Shown here: positions 45,890 to 48,647 of the stretch, in pieces
Layout: every line of letters begins with the position of its first letter
How positions within the stretch are numbered: position 1 is the stretch's first letter
Source: Macrostomum lignano
Taxonomy: Eukaryota
Reading direction: 5' to 3'
Length of the DNA stretch: 48,647 nucleotides
Assembly: GCA_002269645.1 (NCBI GenBank)
Contig: NIVC01004359.1
Coordinates: 1 to 48,647, forward strand
Made by a program: the position numbers and the translations under genes
The notes under the pieces: model-generated
Told to the model about the DNA's origin: nothing
Database searches by the model: none
What the model saw: only the letters and a program-made list of their open reading frames with translations

Positions 45890-46750
45890 GGGCGCTGCGG
45901 TGGGATTTTAACCCTCAGGTTGCAGAGGTGGGATGTGAACCCTCGGGTGGCAGCGGTGGGATGTGAACCTCGGGTGGCAGCGGTGGGATGTGAACCCTCA
46001 GGTGGCAGCGGTGGGATGTGAACCTCTCGGGTGGCAGCGGTGGGATGTGAACCCTCGGGTGGCAGCGGTGGGATGTGAACCCTCGGGTGGCAGCGGTGGG
46101 ATGTGAACTCTCGGGTGGCAGAGGTGGGATGTGAACCCTCAGGTGGCAGCGGTGGGATGTGAACCCTCAGGTGGCAGAGGTGGGATGTGAACCCTCAGGT
46201 GGCAGAGGTGGGATGTGAACCCTCAGGTGGCAGCGGTGGGATGTGAACCCTCAGGTGGCAGAGGTGGGATGTGAACCCTCGGGTGGCAGCGGTGGGATGT
46301 GAACTCTCGGGTGGCAGAGGTGGGATGTGAACCCTCAGGTGGCAGAGGTGGGATGTGAACCCTCAGGTGGCAGAGGTGGGATGTGAACCCTCAGGTGGCA
46401 GAGGTGGGATGTGAACCCTCAGGTGGCAGAGGTGGGATGTGAACCCTCAGGTGGCAGAGGTGGGATGTGAACCCTCAGGTGGCAGAGGTGGGATGTGAAC
46501 CCTCAGGTGGCAGAGGTGGGATGTGAACCCTCAGGTGGCAGCGGTGGGATGTGAACCCTCAGGTGGCAGAGGTGGGATGTGAACCCTCGGGTGGCAGCGG
46601 TGGGATGTGAACTCTCGGGTGGCAGCGGTGGGATGTGAACTCTCGGGTGGCAGAGGTGGGATGTGAACTCTCGGGTGGCAGAGGTGGGATGTGAACCCTC
46701 AGGTGGCAGAGGTGGGATGTGAACTCTCGTGTGGCAGCGGTGGGATGTGA
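45890..46750. repeat. 28-bp minisatellite (CCCTC[A/G]GGTGGCAG[A/C]GGTGGGATGTGAA), about 30 copies, resembling the tRNA-Leu 3' end
   Basis: Tandem periodicity seen directly; the tRNA similarity comes from a remembered tRNA-Leu sequence. Confidence 0.95.
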
Positions 46751-47999
46751 GTCTTCAACCTTTATTCAAGATCGTCTCAAATTCAGAAGCCACATAATAT
46801 TCACTTACTTCTCGGTACCTCGATAATATGCTGAAAATATAATTTTTTCTCACCCCTCCCACAAAACAAGTGCACCACTGAAACAGAAAATAATTGATTT
46901 GGCTAGAGAAATCAATCACTTTATTGTGGGTGGCAGTGATGTATCTATTTTATTCCCTTCAATTCTTTCTCTCTCTCTACTTGTAATCCCGACCCTTGTT
47001 CCCCCAGTTTCCTTCTATATCGTTTCCTTCCAGCATCCATCGCGAAACAGATGAAGCGAGCGGGCATAAACTGCCTGGATATTTCAGCTCGCACAGACAG
47101 GCAGGAGATCCCAGAACAATCCCTGTTCCCCCGACCCCAATTGCACTATTTGATCAGCAAGGGGAGGCAGCACACGGCTTGCTCTCTTTATCAGCCCCTG
47201 CTCGCGCTAATTGAGTTATAAGCGGACAGGAATGATGCAGGGAGTTGAGCTCTTGTCTGACCCTGTCAGGACTGAGGCAATTTAAATCCGGGCCCTGAGA
47301 GCCCAGAGCCAGGTTTAAAGTTTCTCGCTCCTGTGTGATGACTTTTTCGACTAAAAACTTGCTTAAAAAAGCTCATCGGCTAAACTTGTTCCGGACTTGT
47401 TACTGTAGGGGAGACTTTCTGAGTTTGTTTGAGTTCTCTCATAGCTACATGCTCGCAAAAAAAGATTATTAAAGTTTCAAGTGAACTTTTGCAACACTGT
47501 CCCGATGGGGCGTGGATAATCTGAGATTATTCAGACCCAGCGAACAAAAATCCATCATCCAGACCAGACACTGATAGCGGTGTTTGCAGTTGAAATATTG
47601 TGTCAATATGTACATTTAATTAAGCAAATCGAAAAGTTTCACCTGATTGGTCTGAGAAATGATGGTGTCCGCGTTCTCATTTGAAAAACAAGTTTGACTA
47701 ATCGGTCGGTCTGACTATTTTGAGCTGAACTCAAACAATGTTTTTTCCATTTCTCCCACAGCGAGCGGTAAGGCAGATCCGCTCCGTTCCGCTGACTCCC
47801 GAACACGCGCTCACACAGGGTGTACCGGTACAGCTGCCCTGACTTTATTTATCGTCAGGCATGTGCACTTGGAGGTGTTGGCCAAGGACCACTAGGAACA
47901 CTTCGTTAGTCTAGTCTAGGCTAGTAGTCCTTGGTGTTGGCTCTCATGAGTGTGAATCGTACGACAAGACTGACCAATTTTGATGTGTCCGCTCACGGA

Positions 48000-48185
48000 A
48001 GGTTGAGCGGCATTCAGAGAGTTGAGCAGCATACAGAGAGTTGAGCAGCATACAGAGAGTTGAGCAGCATTCAGAGAGTTGAGCAGCATACAGAGAGTTG
48101 AGCAGCATACAGAGAGTTGAGCAGCATACAGAGAGTTGAGCAGCATACAGAGAGTTGAGCAGCATACAGAGGGTTAAGCAGCATA
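48000..48185. repeat. 19-bp minisatellite (CAGAGAGTTGAGCAGCATA)
   Basis: About 9 units. Confidence 0.93.
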
Positions 48186-48463
48186 CCTGTATAGCTAGCA
48201 TTAGTCACGTGCCGGTAAACAGAGCGAAATTAAGATAATTGGCCTCCGGCATCAGAACTCAATGCCAGCCAGCAAGTATAAATACATATCGCCTAATTAG
48301 CAAGTCTGAAGCATTGTTAGAAACCAAAGTTGATTCATCCCAATGCGAGTAGAAATATCTGGGAATTATATTTTAAAAGGCAGTCGCATTTGCCTATTTT
48401 CAGCCTTTATGCATTCACCTCTTCTGTTTGCTAATCATGCGAGTGTCACAGGTGCACAAATGA

Positions 48464-48647
48464 GGGGCGTGGCCTAGCAGGCTAGCGCGGCGTTCTGGTG
48501 TGCCAGCGGCCCAGGCTCGATTCCAAGTGCAGCTACAGATTATTTAGGGCTAAATTGGAATCTCGGCTTGGCTCTGCTCGTGCAATTCAGCCTTAAGGGC
48601 AACCCCAAGGCACAGTGCAGTGTACACGCCTGCCTAACGATAAATAA
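48464..48647 (+). mobile_element. SINE family 2, copy 2 (truncated by the window end)
   Basis: Colinear with 37034-37220. Confidence 0.8.

Noticed and set aside
17765-46750. CRISPR-like appearance of the regular arrays
   Set aside because: The units are contiguous with no unique spacers, there are no cas genes, and the context is eukaryotic.
27605-48647. tRNA genes at the A/B-box sequences
   Set aside because: No complete cloverleaf with an acceptor stem. Each continues into a shared non-tRNA body, so they are SINE heads.

Overview
Eukaryotic (animal) genomic DNA with compact GC-rich exons and introns that mostly each carry a different micro- or minisatellite. The style suggests a repeat-rich invertebrate such as the flatworm Macrostomum; this is an inference and was not verified. 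I reconstructed four genes by hand. The spliced models use GT-AG junctions and are phase-consistent except where noted. (1) + strand, 16-exon multiplexin (collagen XV/XVIII family), 2551-16957: signal peptide, TSPN/LamG, a Thr-rich mucin-like stalk, only about 28 Gly-X-Y triplets, a trimerization domain and endostatin. (2) + strand, intronless ceramide synthase, 23670-24797. (3) - strand, 11-exon transmembrane adenylate cyclase (ADCY5/6-like), 42610-30612, with one junction I could not resolve. (4) - strand, two-exon multi-copy neuropeptide precursor, 45395-44017, which the ORF track breaks up: a signal peptide and 7 copies of F[T/S]RYPDFMLDR[G/D]IL between KR/KKR sites. Also present are a decayed piggyBac transposase, a hAT-Charlie-type MITE with an 8-bp TSD, a second TIR element wrapped around (TCTAG)n, two tRNA-derived SINE families and a 111-aa orphan ORF. 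The most notable observations are the unrecognised neuropeptide precursor, inverted complementary minisatellite arrays tightly flanking one adenylate cyclase exon (circRNA/exon-skipping architecture), and a roughly 30-copy minisatellite whose 28-bp unit matches tRNA-Leu positions 49-76. No database searches were run; family assignments rest on remembered motifs.
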